The position numbers and the translations under genes were made by a program. Below are positions 27,935-38,778 of a stretch of 64,000 nucleotides of DNA, piece after piece. The notes beneath the pieces were generated by a model, which had not been told where the DNA came from, did no database searches, and worked only from the letters and a program-made list of their open reading frames with translations. Numbering within the stretch: the stretch's first letter is position 1; every line of letters begins with the position of its first letter. The DNA is from Pseudomonadota bacterium (GTDB lineage: Bacteria; Pseudomonadota; Alphaproteobacteria; Sphingomonadales; CAKZYD01), in NCBI GenBank assembly GCA_039814715.1, contig JBCCAR010000018.1, forward strand, positions 4,856 to 68,855. Direction: 5' to 3'.

Positions 27935-29122
27935 ATGGCGCCATTTTGTGTGTTTGAGCCAAGTCTTGTTTTGGCGCCCTATGCCTGTGACCCTTCGCAG
28001 TCACGTGGCCGTTTATTTGATGAACCTGCCAGCCGTACGCGCAACGGTTTCGCGCGCGACCGCGATAGGGTGCTGCATTCAACAGGGTGGCGCCGGCTAA
28101 AGCACAAAACGCAGGTCTTCATTTATCATGAAGGGGACCATTACCGCACGCGCTTAACCCACTCACTCGAGGTTGCCCAAATTGCGCGCTCTATCGCCCG
28201 TGCGCTTGGACTATCTGAGGATCTGGCTGAAGCCATTGCCTTATCGCACGATCTCGGCCACCCGCCCTTTGGTCATGCGGGCGAGGACGCACTGGACCAC
28301 GCGGTCACGGACTATGGCGGCTTTGATCATAATGCGCAGGCGCTTCGTTTGGTCACGAAACTCGAGCAGCGCTATGCGAGCTTTGATGGACTAAACTTAA
28401 CCTGGGAGACCTTGGAAGGTTTGGTGAAGCACAATGGTCCAATGGTGGGCGATGCGGTACCGCTTCCGATTAGGCGTTTCGACGAACAATTCGCGCTCAA
28501 CTTGAACGAACATGCGAGCTTAGAAGCGCAGGTCGCCGCGTTGGCGGACGATATCGCCTATAACGCGCATGATATAGATGACGGTCTGCGGGCCCGCCTG
28601 TTTACGCTTGAGGATTTGAGCCAAATACCGCTGGTGGCGACCATCGCTGATGAGGTTGCCCAGCGCTACGGACATATTGAACCACACCGCCAGGTGCATG
28701 AAATCGTCCGCCGGGTGATCAACGTGTTTGTAGAAGACGTGCTGTTGACCACGCGGCAGAACTTGATTGAGCTCGCCCCCCAAAGTGCAAGCGATGTGCG
28801 CCAGGCGGGCAGGCAGATTGTTGCGTTAAGTGAGGACGTGCGGCGCGATGAAATGGACCTAAAGCAGTTTCTGCGCAGCCGGATGTATAGCCACCACCGG
28901 GTCAAACAAATGACCCAGCAAGCCCAGCGCATCGTGCGCGCATTGTTTTCAGCCTTCATGGAGCGGCCACAGTCCATGCCGCCAGACTGGGCCAGCGTTG
29001 CAGAAGCGGGCAATACCATGGTATGCGCCCGCGCAGTTGCTGATTTTGTTGCGGGTATGACCGATCGCTATGCCATCAGTCAGTATCATCGGCACGTAGG
29101 GCCTTTGGCACTCGATCTTTAA
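27935..29122 (+). CDS. dgt: dGTP triphosphohydrolase-like HD-domain protein
   Basis: RTRLTHSLEVAQI and SHDLGHPPFGHAGE are present. 395 aa. Confidence 0.88.
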   Translation: MAPFCVFEPSLVLAPYACDPSQSRGRLFDEPASRTRNGFARDRDRVLHSTGWRRLKHKTQVFIYHEGDHYRTRLTHSLEVAQIARSIARALGLSEDLAEAIALSHDLGHPPFGHAGEDALDHAVTDYGGFDHNAQALRLVTKLEQRYASFDGLNLTWETLEGLVKHNGPMVGDAVPLPIRRFDEQFALNLNEHASLEAQVAALADDIAYNAHDIDDGLRARLFTLEDLSQIPLVATIADEVAQRYGHIEPHRQVHEIVRRVINVFVEDVLLTTRQNLIELAPQSASDVRQAGRQIVALSEDVRRDEMDLKQFLRSRMYSHHRVKQMTQQAQRIVRALFSAFMERPQSMPPDWASVAEAGNTMVCARAVADFVAGMTDRYAISQYHRHVGPLALDL

Positions 29123-29164
29123 AGGCATCTGCGGCGGCGCTACGTTTTTTGACGGACATAACCG

Positions 29165-30907
29165 ATGGATATTTTTGCAAATTTGCAAGCAAAGCTGACG
29201 CAAGACGTCAAAGCCCTGATTGCTGATGGGGCCCTTCCGCAAGAGGCGAGCAAGGCCGCTGAGGGGCTCATCCTGGAGCCGCCGCGCGATCCAAGCCATG
29301 GTGATATGGCCACCCCGGCGGCCTTGATGCTCGCAAAACCAGCCAAAGCAAAGCCGCGTGACATCGCCCAGCTTTTACAAGCCAAACTGCTGGAATGGCC
29401 TGAGGTGGCAAGCGTTGAGATCGCTGGGCCTGGATTTTTAAACCTGCGCCTAGCGCCAGCTTTTGTGCGTGATTTAATCCCCAACGTGCTAGCGTCGGGC
29501 ACAGATTATGGGCGCCAGCCAAGTGTCGGCACTAAAGTGAATGTTGAATATGTCAGCACCAACCCCACTGGGCCCATCCACATGGGCCACTGCCGCGGCG
29601 CCGTCTTTGGCGATGCACTGTCGGCGTTGCTCGAATTTGCTGGCTATGATGTGCTGCGGGAATACTACATCAACGATGCAGGCTCTCAGATCGACACGCT
29701 GGCGCGCTCTGCCCACCTGCGTTACCGCGAGGCGCTAGGGGAGGATATTGGGGAAATTCCAGAAGGGCTCTATCCTGGCGACTACCTCGTACCAGTGGGA
29801 AAAATGCTGGCGGATAAGCATGGCAGCCAGTTTAAAGACTTGCCGGAAGCAGACTGGCTCGATTTCTTTAAGCGCAAATCCTCTGGCGCGATGATGGAGA
29901 TGATCCGTGATGATCTCGCCCTGCTGGGCATTCATCACGCATGCTTTTTTTCAGAGCGCACGCTGCACGAAAACGGCGGGATTGATCAAGCGATCGAAAC
30001 TCTACGCGCAAAGGGCCATATCTACGAAGGCGTCTTAGAGCCGCCCAAGGGCAAAAAGCCGGACGACTGGGAGCCCCGCCCGCAAACCTTGTTTCGGGCA
30101 ACAGCCTTTGGTGATGATGTCGACCGTGCGCTCAAGAAATCAGATGGCAGCTACACGTATTTCGCGGCCGACATTGCCTATCACTTTGACAAGATCAATC
30201 GCGGCTATTCGGACATGATCGACGTTTGGGGCGCCGACCATAGTGGCTACATCAAACGTATGCAGGCGTCGATTGAAGCCATCGCGGATGGCGAGGCCTC
30301 ATTGGACGTGAAGATATGCCAAATGGTGCGCCTCTTTCGCGCGGGTGAACCGGTTAAAATGTCTAAGCGGTCTGGTAGCTTCGTCACATTGTCTGAAGTG
30401 ATTGATGAGGTCGGTAAAGATGTTGTTCGCTTCATGATGCTGACCCGTAAAAACGATGCGCAGCTGGATTTTGATTTTGCGAAAGTGCTGGAGCAGTCGA
30501 AAGATAATCCAGTGTTCTATGTGCAATATGCCCATGCCCGAATTTGCTCCGCTATGAAGCGGGCGCAGGAAGCCATTGGCAGTTTCGATATCGCCAAGGC
30601 TGACCTTTCTCTCCTGGCGGATGAGACCGAACACATGCTGCTGATGACGTTAGCGCAGTGGCCTCGCCAGGTGCGTGCTGCGGCAAGCGCGCACGAACCG
30701 CACAGGATTGCTTTCTTCTTACAAGAGCTTGCGTCGCAGCTACACAGTCACTGGAACAAGGGAAATGACACCCCGGCGTTGCGCTTTATCGTGGATGATA
30801 ATAAAACGCTTACCATAGCGAGGGTAGCATTGCTGGCGAGTGTAAAGAATGTGCTGGCATCTGGCCTGAACGTCCTGGGCGTTACACCAGTGGAGGAAAT
30901 GCGCTGA
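29165..30907 (+). CDS. argS: Arginine--tRNA ligase
   Basis: The class I HIGH variant [15 protein letters not shown], a KMSK-like MSKRSG and a C-terminal DALR anticodon-binding region are present. 580 aa. Confidence 0.95.
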   Translation: MDIFANLQAKLTQDVKALIADGALPQEASKAAEGLILEPPRDPSHGDMATPAALMLAKPAKAKPRDIAQLLQAKLLEWPEVASVEIAGPGFLNLRLAPAFVRDLIPNVLASGTDYGRQPSVGTKVNVEYVSTNPTGPIHMGHCRGAVFGDALSALLEFAGYDVLREYYINDAGSQIDTLARSAHLRYREALGEDIGEIPEGLYPGDYLVPVGKMLADKHGSQFKDLPEADWLDFFKRKSSGAMMEMIRDDLALLGIHHACFFSERTLHENGGIDQAIETLRAKGHIYEGVLEPPKGKKPDDWEPRPQTLFRATAFGDDVDRALKKSDGSYTYFAADIAYHFDKINRGYSDMIDVWGADHSGYIKRMQASIEAIADGEASLDVKICQMVRLFRAGEPVKMSKRSGSFVTLSEVIDEVGKDVVRFMMLTRKNDAQLDFDFAKVLEQSKDNPVFYVQYAHARICSAMKRAQEAIGSFDIAKADLSLLADETEHMLLMTLAQWPRQVRAAASAHEPHRIAFFLQELASQLHSHWNKGNDTPALRFIVDDNKTLTIARVALLASVKNVLASGLNVLGVTPVEEMR

Positions 30908-30908
30908 C

Positions 30909-31790
30909 ATGACCAATGACACCCTTCGGAAGCAAATGGGCCTTGGCAATGCGCCAGGCGGGGTGGACGATGATGATGGCGGTTTGCCATGGCTAGAACC
31001 AGCCCCTGATCCTGACCGAGGCACATTGTCCTTCAAGTCGCTTGCCATCATCGGAACGATTTTCTTGTTGGTGTTTATTGCGTTCCTAGCGATCTTTTAT
31101 AATCGTATCGCTGGATCTGGCGCGGCCGGTGGCAGTGCGCCTGGCGGCACGCCAACGCTTATTGCTGCGCCCATCGGCGACTTTAAAGTCACGCCCGAAC
31201 AAGCTGCGCGCGGCGGTGTGCCAGGGCAGAGCGGGCCTTCTGATGGGCCGCGTTTTGCTGAAGGGTCTGAACAGCCTGCCTTGGGCGTTGAACGGCTGGA
31301 CGAGGCGCTGAGGAAAACCGAGGGCGGTGTTGCTGTTGATCTCGGCAGTCCCGATGAGCCGCTCATTGGCTACGCCCGGCCCCTTGAGAAACGTCCGTCT
31401 AAGCCTGAGGTGGCTGATGTAAAAGACAAAGGTGAAGAGACCGCGGCAAAGGTGGCGGTGAGCGCGCCCAAACCGGCCGCACCTGAGCCCGTCGCCGAAA
31501 CACCAAAAGCCCCGGCCGCGCCCGTTAAAACAGCGTCAGCTGGCAATTTCCTCTTGCAGCTTGGCGCATTTTCTACCCGCGATAGCGCTCTGAACGGCTG
31601 GAAGCAGTATTCTAAGACCTATCCTGGGTCGCTGGCTGGTTTGGAACCGGATTTGCAGTCTTTTGAAAATGCAGCTGGTAAAACGCTCTATCGTTTGCGT
31701 GCTGCTGGCTTGCCGACGCGCGGCGCAGCGGATGAACGCTGCGCAGCTTTGAAAGCGGCGAAGCAAGCCTGCTTTGTGGTCGCGAGATAG
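30909..31790 (+). CDS. SPOR domain-containing membrane protein
   Basis: One TM helix, a Pro/Ala-rich linker and a C-terminal SPOR domain (FLLQLGAFSTRDSALNGW...YRLRAAGL). Standard position after argS in Alphaproteobacteria. Confidence 0.8.
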   Translation: MTNDTLRKQMGLGNAPGGVDDDDGGLPWLEPAPDPDRGTLSFKSLAIIGTIFLLVFIAFLAIFYNRIAGSGAAGGSAPGGTPTLIAAPIGDFKVTPEQAARGGVPGQSGPSDGPRFAEGSEQPALGVERLDEALRKTEGGVAVDLGSPDEPLIGYARPLEKRPSKPEVADVKDKGEETAAKVAVSAPKPAAPEPVAETPKAPAAPVKTASAGNFLLQLGAFSTRDSALNGWKQYSKTYPGSLAGLEPDLQSFENAAGKTLYRLRAAGLPTRGAADERCAALKAAKQACFVVAR

Positions 31791-31802
31791 GCGCGCCAAG
31801 GT

Positions 31803-32819
31803 TTGCCCAAGGCGGTCTTCTTCGGGCTCAGTGGTCTTGCTTTAACGCCGCAGGAACAGGCTTTTTTTCGTGCTGTTCGTCCCGCAGGTTACATCCTCTT
31901 CGCCCGTAATATTGAATCGCGGGCGCAGGTGCGAGACTTAACCTCATCGCTAAACGCATTGGCGCACGTCGACCCTTTGCCGATCTTGATTGATCAAGAA
32001 GGAGGGAGGGTGCGCCGCCTACGCCCACCGCTCGCCTTAGAGCATCCTCCGGTCTTGCCCCTGGGTCAGCTGTATGACCGCGATCCTGCTGCAGCATGCG
32101 AAGCGGCAAGGCTTCATGGCGCTGCCATTGGCGCAGAGCTTTTCGTGCTTGGCATTACGGTGGATTGCCTGCCAGTCCTTGACCTGTTGTTTGAGGAAAC
32201 GCACGCCATCATTGGCGACCGTGCCTTTAGCCGCGATCCCGCTGTCGTGGCGGCTCTGGGAAAGGCCGTCATGGAGGGGCTTGGAGAGAGCAGCGTTGTT
32301 CCGGTCATAAAGCATATCCCTGGGCATGGCCGCGCGAAAGCCGATAGCCACTTGGAATTGCCAGTGGTCGATGCGCCAATTGACGCCCTGTCGGATACCG
32401 ATTTTGCGCCCTTTGCCGCGCTTTCTAGCGCGCCAATGGCGATGACGGCGCATATTCTCTACAGCGCGCTTGACCCTAACGCCTGTGCGACGCATAGCCC
32501 AGGCATCGTCGGGGATATCATTCGCAAACAGATTGGCTTTGATGGATTGTTGATGACGGATGACCTCTCCATGAAGGCCCTTGGCGGGGACATGGGCGAA
32601 CGCGCCCAGCGGTCAATAGACGCGGGCTGCGATATCATTCTGCACTGCAATGGCGACATGGCCGAAATGGAAGCGGTCGCCGAGGCGGCGCCAACGCTCG
32701 CGGGCCAGCCGCTTGAACGCTTAAGCGGCGCGATGGCCTGGCCCCAACGCGGAGAGAACGCCCCGGATGTTGCAGCCTGCGTGGCCAAACGCGATAGCCT
32801 TTTGGGCGGGCTAGCATAG
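31803..32819 (+). CDS. nagZ: Beta-N-acetylhexosaminidase NagZ (GH3)
   Basis: IDQEGGRVRRL, KHIPGHGRAKADSH and LLMTDDLSMKAL are present. TTG start. Confidence 0.9.
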   Translation: MPKAVFFGLSGLALTPQEQAFFRAVRPAGYILFARNIESRAQVRDLTSSLNALAHVDPLPILIDQEGGRVRRLRPPLALEHPPVLPLGQLYDRDPAAACEAARLHGAAIGAELFVLGITVDCLPVLDLLFEETHAIIGDRAFSRDPAVVAALGKAVMEGLGESSVVPVIKHIPGHGRAKADSHLELPVVDAPIDALSDTDFAPFAALSSAPMAMTAHILYSALDPNACATHSPGIVGDIIRKQIGFDGLLMTDDLSMKALGGDMGERAQRSIDAGCDIILHCNGDMAEMEAVAEAAPTLAGQPLERLSGAMAWPQRGENAPDVAACVAKRDSLLGGLA

Positions 32820-33490
32820 TGGATATGCTTGTCAATGCCCTCATCTGGGCGCCGCCGCTGCTGATGGCGATTACATTTCATGAAGCAGCGCACGGGTTTG
32901 CGGCCTATCGCTACGGCGATGACACGGCAAAGCAACGCGGGCGCTTAACGCTCAACCCCATCGCTCATATTGACCCGTTCGGGACGGTCCTGCTGCCGCT
33001 TATGTTGCTGCTGCTGCCCGGTGGATTTATTTTCGGCTATGCCAAGCCTGTTCCTGTAAACACGGCAGCACTCAATGATCCGCGCTGGGATATGGCGAAA
33101 GTTGCCGTCGCCGGTCCAGCCATGAACTTCGTTCTCGCCTTAGGCTCCGTCTTGCTCATTCCCGTCGTGGGTTTGCTGCCTGACATGACCCAGGTGATCC
33201 TCATGAAGATGATAGAAATATCCATATTTTTTAATATTTTGCTGGGTGTTTTTAATTTACTGCCTATGCCGCCTCTTGATGGTGGGCGGGTCCTGGCTGC
33301 AGTGCTGCCGGCCTCTGCAGCGCCCATGTTGCAGCGTTTAGAGCGGCTTGGGTTTTTCATCGTGATCGGTTTGTTTTTCTTAGCGCCCATGGTCCTGGCT
33401 GAGGTCGGCATTCGGGTCGATCCATTCGGCGCTGTTGTTTTAAGGCCTGCCATTTGGCTGTCACAAACGCTCATGGCGCTGGTTGCGTGA
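32819..33490 (+). CDS. Site-2 protease family (M50) membrane metalloprotease
   Basis: HEAAHG zinc motif within a TM helix, plus NLLPMPPLDGG. 223 aa. Confidence 0.85.
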   Translation: MDMLVNALIWAPPLLMAITFHEAAHGFAAYRYGDDTAKQRGRLTLNPIAHIDPFGTVLLPLMLLLLPGGFIFGYAKPVPVNTAALNDPRWDMAKVAVAGPAMNFVLALGSVLLIPVVGLLPDMTQVILMKMIEISIFFNILLGVFNLLPMPPLDGGRVLAAVLPASAAPMLQRLERLGFFIVIGLFFLAPMVLAEVGIRVDPFGAVVLRPAIWLSQTLMALVA

Positions 33491-33500
33491 TGGCTGCTAG

Positions 33501-34307
33501 GTGCCTAAGCTAAAGTCCATGAATGATACTACCGTCATTTCCCTGCAAACCGCGCGCTCAGATGAGCCGGTTTTGCACTTGGATTTGGATGGCTTTGAAG
33601 GCCCCATCGACGTTCTGTTAATGCTTGCGCGCGCGCAAAAGGTGGATCTGCGGGAGGTCTCCATTCTGGCGCTCGTAGAACAATACCTCTCCTTCATCCA
33701 ATCCGCCGCCGATATGCGCCTTGAGCTGGCTGCGGAATACATGGTCATGGCCGCTTGGCTGACCTACTTAAAGACGCGCCTTCTGCTGCCCAAAGAAGAC
33801 GACGATGAGGAGCCAAGCGCCGAAGAACTCGCTTTGCGCCTGCAATTGCAGCTGCAGCGCCTGGAAGCGATGCGCAATGTGGGGCTTCAGTTGGTTGCGC
33901 GCGATCAGCTTGGCAGGGATGTGCTCACCCGAGGCATGCCTGAAGGTCTCAAACGAATCAAAAAGACGCGCTATGATGCAACGCTCTACGAACTGCTCAA
34001 GGCCTATGCGCAGTTTCGCACGCGCGGGCAGGATGCCCCGTTTACCCCTGAACGGCCTGCCGTTTTGAGGCTTGAAGAGGCTTTCGAACGCCTATCTGCG
34101 CTTATGGGCGTGGCTGTAGAATGGACACGCCTAGAGGCCTTCATGCCCGAGCTGGGTGAAGGGAAGGGCTCGCGCGCGAGCCATCTAGCGAGCACGTTTG
34201 CGGCGAGTTTAGAGCTTGTGAAACAAGGGGGCGCAAATCTGCAGCAATCGGCTGCATTCGGGCCAGTTTTCCTTAAGTCTGCGGCTGCGAAGGATGCGGG
34301 CGAGTGA
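33501..34307 (+). CDS. scpA: Segregation and condensation protein A
   Basis: LDGFEGPIDVLLMLARAQKVDL and the AAEYMVMAAWLTYLKTRLLLP kleisin N-terminal pattern are present. Confidence 0.9.
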   Translation: MPKLKSMNDTTVISLQTARSDEPVLHLDLDGFEGPIDVLLMLARAQKVDLREVSILALVEQYLSFIQSAADMRLELAAEYMVMAAWLTYLKTRLLLPKEDDDEEPSAEELALRLQLQLQRLEAMRNVGLQLVARDQLGRDVLTRGMPEGLKRIKKTRYDATLYELLKAYAQFRTRGQDAPFTPERPAVLRLEEAFERLSALMGVAVEWTRLEAFMPELGEGKGSRASHLASTFAASLELVKQGGANLQQSAAFGPVFLKSAAAKDAGE

Positions 34308-34987
34308 GCGATGATCTGGGCATGGAGGAGGCCGGTGCTTCTTCGTCAGAAGCCGCTTTAGATTTGGCAGGCCAGCGGCGCATGGTTGAGGCGGTTTTGT
34401 TTGCTGCGCAAAGGCCGTTGACCCTGGATGAGATAATATCGCGCTTGCCAGGAGAGCCTGATGCCGCGCGTTTGCTCGTCGATCTTCAAGATGAGTTCTC
34501 CACACGTGGATTTTGCTTGGTCGAGCGCGGCGGGCGCTGGCAGTTTCAAACCGCAAGCGATCTTTCGTTTCTGTTGCAGGAAGAGATGGACCAAACGCGG
34601 CGGCTCTCGCGCGCAGCCGTCGAGACCCTCGCCATCATTGCTTACCACCAGCCCGTCACACGCAGTGAGATTGAGGACCTGCGCGGTGTGAGCTTGTCGC
34701 GCGGGACGCTGGATGTCTTGCTAGAAGCGGAGTGGATTAGGCCGCGCGGGCGAAAGCAAGTGCCCGGGCGCCCCGTGCTCTATGCGACGTCAGAGCACTT
34801 TTTAGCGCATTTCGGCCTCGAAGCCCTTGATGATTTGCCGGGACTGGCTGAGCTGCGTGCGGCCGGCTTGCTTGACCCTGTGGATGATGTGCTGGCGCGG
34901 ATGCTCGATGCGACGACCTCGCAGCCATCGGATGAAGCAGAAAGTGCTGCTGCTGAAGAAAATGAAGACCCGACATCGCAGCCTTAA
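34304..34987 (+). CDS. scpB: Segregation and condensation protein B
   Basis: VEAVLFAAQRPLTLDEI and LSRAAVETLAIIAYHQPVTRSEIEDLRGV are present. The start overlaps the scpA stop by 4 nt. Confidence 0.9.
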   Translation: MSDDLGMEEAGASSSEAALDLAGQRRMVEAVLFAAQRPLTLDEIISRLPGEPDAARLLVDLQDEFSTRGFCLVERGGRWQFQTASDLSFLLQEEMDQTRRLSRAAVETLAIIAYHQPVTRSEIEDLRGVSLSRGTLDVLLEAEWIRPRGRKQVPGRPVLYATSEHFLAHFGLEALDDLPGLAELRAAGLLDPVDDVLARMLDATTSQPSDEAESAAAEENEDPTSQP

Positions 34988-35066
34988 GGGCCATTGCCGC
35001 ATTGCGCGCGCACCTGCTTTTTGTCATAAGCTAGCCATACAACGTTGAAAAAGGAGTGTCGTCACC

Positions 35067-35303
35067 ATGGGTTTACCTGGATGGGGACAAATTTTACTGG
35101 TCGTCTTGTTGGTCGTGATTTTGTTCGGTCGCGGCAAGATTTCCGACTTGATGGGCGATGTTGCTAAAGGCATCCGAAGCTTCAAAGATGGTCTGAAAGA
35201 TGAGCCTGAAGCGCTTGAGGTAGATGACGAAAAACCGGAAGAGATAGCAAGCAGCGCAACTGCAAAGCCTGTTTCAAAGCCTGCAAAAGAAGAAGTCTCT
35301 TAA
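35067..35303 (+). CDS. tatA: Twin-arginine translocase subunit TatA
   Basis: 78 aa starting [40 protein letters not shown]. Confidence 0.92.
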   Translation: MGLPGWGQILLVVLLVVILFGRGKISDLMGDVAKGIRSFKDGLKDEPEALEVDDEKPEEIASSATAKPVSKPAKEEVS

Positions 35304-35342
35304 GCGGCAGCGTTGGCTGCTGCGCGCTGAAAGTCCTGCGCT

Positions 35343-35645
35343 GTGTTTGATCTTGGTATGAGCGAGATGGCTGTTTTAGGTGTCGTTGCGCTGGTCGTTG
35401 TTGGCCCGCGCGACCTTCCTAAACTCGCGCGCTCGGTTGGCCAAATGTATGGGAAAATGCGTTCGCTTGCTGGGGATTTCCGCGGCGCTCTTGACCAGAT
35501 TGCCCGCGAGGCTGAGCTGGAAGAATTGAGCCAAAAAGCCAAAGCGGCGCGCAATTTTGACGCTGGTAAAGCTGTCGAGAAATTCGTCACAGACACGGAT
35601 AGCCCGCCCGGCAAGTCAACTGATGCGCCGCCAGGTGCCCCCTAG
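35343..35645 (+). CDS. tatB: Twin-arginine translocase subunit TatB
   Basis: MFDLGMSEMAVLGVVALVVVGPRDLPKLARSVG is present. GTG start. Confidence 0.88.
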   Translation: MFDLGMSEMAVLGVVALVVVGPRDLPKLARSVGQMYGKMRSLAGDFRGALDQIAREAELEELSQKAKAARNFDAGKAVEKFVTDTDSPPGKSTDAPPGAP

Positions 35646-35648
35646 GCC

Positions 35649-36692
35649 ATGTTCACTGATATTGACGACACCCAAGCGCCGCTAATTGACCATTTGATCG
35701 AATTAAGGCGCCGGCTGATTTATGCGCTGGTAGGTCTGGTGATTGCCTGTCTTCTAGGGTTTTTGGTTGCAGAACCCGTCTATAATTTCCTGATTGCGCC
35801 ACTTGAGAATACCTATGCCAGCTGGCGCGCGTCTGAGATGGCGGATTTGCTGGAGGAAAATCCAGCGTTGACCCAGGAGGAGCTTGACGAGCAAGTTCCA
35901 AACTTTGAACTGGTTAATCTCAATGTGATCGAGCCATTCATCACCAAGTTAAAGCTGTCGCTTGCCATTGGCTTTTCGCTGTCTTTCCCGCTCGTTGCTG
36001 GCCAGCTGTATGCGTTCGTTGCACCTGGGCTTTATCGGCAAGAAAAGAAGGCCTTGCTGCCGTTTCTGGCCGCTACACCGGTGCTATTTATAGCGGGCGC
36101 GGGATTGGTGTATTACGTGGTCATGCCGCTCGCTTGGCGGTTCTTGCTGGATGTGGGGCAGGGATTTGGCTCCGTCTTGCAGCAAACCATGGCCAGCTAT
36201 TTGTCCATCGTCATTCAAATGATTTTGGCATTCGGCATTAGCTTTCAGCTGCCCGTCATTTTGGTTTTGCTTGGCAAAGTCGGCATTGTCTCCTCAGCTG
36301 GCCTCGCGCGGTTCCGCAAATATGCTGTCGTTGGGATTTTTGCGTTTGCCGCACTGGTCACCCCGCCGGACTTCATTTCCCAGGTGATTTTGGGGCTGCC
36401 TATGATGGCGCTGTATGAGCTGTCTATCTGGGGTGTGCGTATGGTTGAGCGCTCAGACCCGGCAGCTGATGATGAGGGTGATGACACGCCGCCGCCGCCG
36501 CCGCCACCAGAACCGGACCCTTTCCCAGACCCAATGCCGCGCGAAGATACGCCGCCTGAAGGCCCATCCCCAGCCACGCCTCCAGCCGCGCCGAAAGCCA
36601 GCCGCGATTTTTCAGGCTTGAAAGATCGCATGGCTGGGGCCTACAAGCGCACGCCTAAAAAACCAAAACCAAAGCGGCCGCCAAAACGCTAA
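35649..36692 (+). CDS. tatC: Twin-arginine translocase subunit TatC with an extended Pro-rich, basic C-terminal tail
   Basis: TatC core with [11 protein letters not shown], six TM helices and [12 protein letters not shown] tail of about 85 aa follows, containing [15 protein letters not shown] and ending [11 protein letters not shown]. Confidence 0.92.
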   Translation: MFTDIDDTQAPLIDHLIELRRRLIYALVGLVIACLLGFLVAEPVYNFLIAPLENTYASWRASEMADLLEENPALTQEELDEQVPNFELVNLNVIEPFITKLKLSLAIGFSLSFPLVAGQLYAFVAPGLYRQEKKALLPFLAATPVLFIAGAGLVYYVVMPLAWRFLLDVGQGFGSVLQQTMASYLSIVIQMILAFGISFQLPVILVLLGKVGIVSSAGLARFRKYAVVGIFAFAALVTPPDFISQVILGLPMMALYELSIWGVRMVERSDPAADDEGDDTPPPPPPPEPDPFPDPMPREDTPPEGPSPATPPAAPKASRDFSGLKDRMAGAYKRTPKKPKPKRPPKR

Positions 36693-36724
36693 GCGGGACG
36701 CTCCAAGCTCTAAGAGTACCCCAT

Positions 36725-38002
36725 ATGCTTGATCTTAAAGCGCTGCGCGAAAGCCCTGAAGCCATCGATGCTGGCCTTGCAAGGCGTGCGATAGAGCCCG
36801 TCTCGGCAAATATATTGGCGCTCGACGCTGAGCACCGCGATACCCTGCAGCGCCTTCAAGATATGCAGGCCCAGCGCAACACCGCGTCAAAAAGCATCGG
36901 CAAAGCGAAGGCGGGCGGCGATGAAAAGACCGCCCAGGCGCTCATGGCGCAAGTCGCTGAGATCAAGCAGGCGATGCCGGAGCTCGAGGCCGCAGCAAAA
37001 AGCCAATTTGAGGCGATCCAGGCCCGCCTTGCATCGCTTCCAAATATTCCTTTTGATAATGTTCCCCTTGGCAAAAGCGAAGAGGATAATGTCGAGCTGC
37101 GGCGCTGGGGTTCCCCTAGAGAATTTGCCTTTGCGCCCGCCGAGCATGATGACGTGGGCGCGCCGCTTGGTATGGATTTTGAAGCCGCAGCGCGTATGTC
37201 CGGCGCGCGCTTTGTCGTGTTGCGCGGCGAGGTGGCGCGTCTTGAACGTGCGCTCGGGCAATTCATGCTGGACCATCAAACGCGCGAATTCGGCTATGAA
37301 GAAGTCGCACCGCCGGTGCTTGTCTGGGACAAGGCGCTGTTCGGCACGAGCCAGCTTCCGAAGTTTTCGCAGGACCTGTTTCAGACCACCGCTAATCATT
37401 GGCTCATTCCCACGGCGGAAGTCGCGCTCACCAACATTGTGCGCGAAGATATTTTGGACTCACGGCAATTGCCGCTGCGCTTCACCGCGCTTACGCCGTG
37501 CTTCCGGTCCGAAGCTGGGGCCGCGGGCCGCGATACCAAAGGCATGATCCGCCAGCATCAATTTAACAAGGTGGAGCTTGTCTCCATTACTGCGCCCGAT
37601 AAGTCAGACGCTGAGCATGAACGCATGACGCAGGCGGCAGAGTCCGTTTTAAAGGCGTTAGAGCTGCCATTTCGTACCATGCTGCTCTGCACCGGGGATA
37701 TGGGCTTTTCCGCCCGCCGGTCTTTTGATTTAGAAGTCTGGCTACCTGGACAAAAGGCATACCGCGAAATCTCGTCTTGTTCCACGTGCGGCGATTTTCA
37801 GGCGCGGCGCATGAATACGCGGATGCGCGTGCCTGGCGAAAAGCAGACCCAGTTTGTCCACACGCTGAATGGCTCGGGCCTTGCGGTTGGCCGGGCATTG
37901 GTGGCGGTGCTGGAGAACTATCAAAATGAAGATGGCAGCGTTGCTGTCCCCGCCGTCTTGCAACCTTATCTGGGCGGCCAAACCACACTGGAGCGTCCTT
38001 AA
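36725..38002 (+). CDS. serS: Serine--tRNA ligase
   Basis: N-terminal coiled-coil arm, then class II motifs [25 protein letters not shown] and [21 protein letters not shown]. Confidence 0.95.
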   Translation: MLDLKALRESPEAIDAGLARRAIEPVSANILALDAEHRDTLQRLQDMQAQRNTASKSIGKAKAGGDEKTAQALMAQVAEIKQAMPELEAAAKSQFEAIQARLASLPNIPFDNVPLGKSEEDNVELRRWGSPREFAFAPAEHDDVGAPLGMDFEAAARMSGARFVVLRGEVARLERALGQFMLDHQTREFGYEEVAPPVLVWDKALFGTSQLPKFSQDLFQTTANHWLIPTAEVALTNIVREDILDSRQLPLRFTALTPCFRSEAGAAGRDTKGMIRQHQFNKVELVSITAPDKSDAEHERMTQAAESVLKALELPFRTMLLCTGDMGFSARRSFDLEVWLPGQKAYREISSCSTCGDFQARRMNTRMRVPGEKQTQFVHTLNGSGLAVGRALVAVLENYQNEDGSVAVPAVLQPYLGGQTTLERP

Positions 38003-38778
38003 TGCGTATTCTGGTTACCAACGACGACGGCGTCCATGCGCCAGGGCTTGAGATACTCGAGAGTATCGCAGGCGAGCTGAGTGACGATGTGTGGGTTGTG
38101 GCGCCTGAAGCAGAACAATCCGGTGCTGGCCATTCGCTAACGCTGAACCAGCCTTTGCGTTATGTAAAAGCCGCGCCGCGGCGCTATGCGGTGCGCGGCA
38201 CGCCGACAGATTGCGTGATGATGGCGCTCAATCACATCGTCAAAGACGAGCGGCCCGATTTGATTTTATCAGGCGTTAATCGCGGCGCCAATTTGGGTGA
38301 AGATGTCACCTATTCAGGCACAATCGCAGCGGCGATGGAAGGAACATTGGCCGGCGTTCCCTCCATTGCTCTGAGCCAGGCAGTGAATGTGGAAGAGCGG
38401 CGCATTGATTGGGCCCCATCGCAAAAATATGGCGCGCAAATTATCCGAACGCTATTAGACGAAGGTTGGCCTGACACAGTGCTGATGAACGTGAATTTCC
38501 CATCCATGGGAGCAGAGAGTGTCAAAGGCATTGAAGTCACCCACCAAGGACAGCGCGATGTCACCGATATGCGCATTGATGCGCGCACAGACATGCGCGG
38601 TTTGCCCTATTATTGGTTTGGGCTCAGCAGAGCGCTTGGCGCACAGCCGGAAGATAGCGATCTTCAAGTGGTTCGCGATGGCTACATCTCGGTGACGCCG
38701 CTCCATCTCAATTTGACTCACGAACCAACCCGGCAGAGGCTGGAGGAAACGGTGTCGCAAAAGTTTGACCATGCCTGA
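38002..38778 (+). CDS. surE: 5'/3'-nucleotidase SurE
   Basis: [16 protein letters not shown] and SGVNRGANLGEDVTYSGT are present. The TAATG start overlaps the serS stop. Confidence 0.93.
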   Translation: MRILVTNDDGVHAPGLEILESIAGELSDDVWVVAPEAEQSGAGHSLTLNQPLRYVKAAPRRYAVRGTPTDCVMMALNHIVKDERPDLILSGVNRGANLGEDVTYSGTIAAAMEGTLAGVPSIALSQAVNVEERRIDWAPSQKYGAQIIRTLLDEGWPDTVLMNVNFPSMGAESVKGIEVTHQGQRDVTDMRIDARTDMRGLPYYWFGLSRALGAQPEDSDLQVVRDGYISVTPLHLNLTHEPTRQRLEETVSQKFDHA

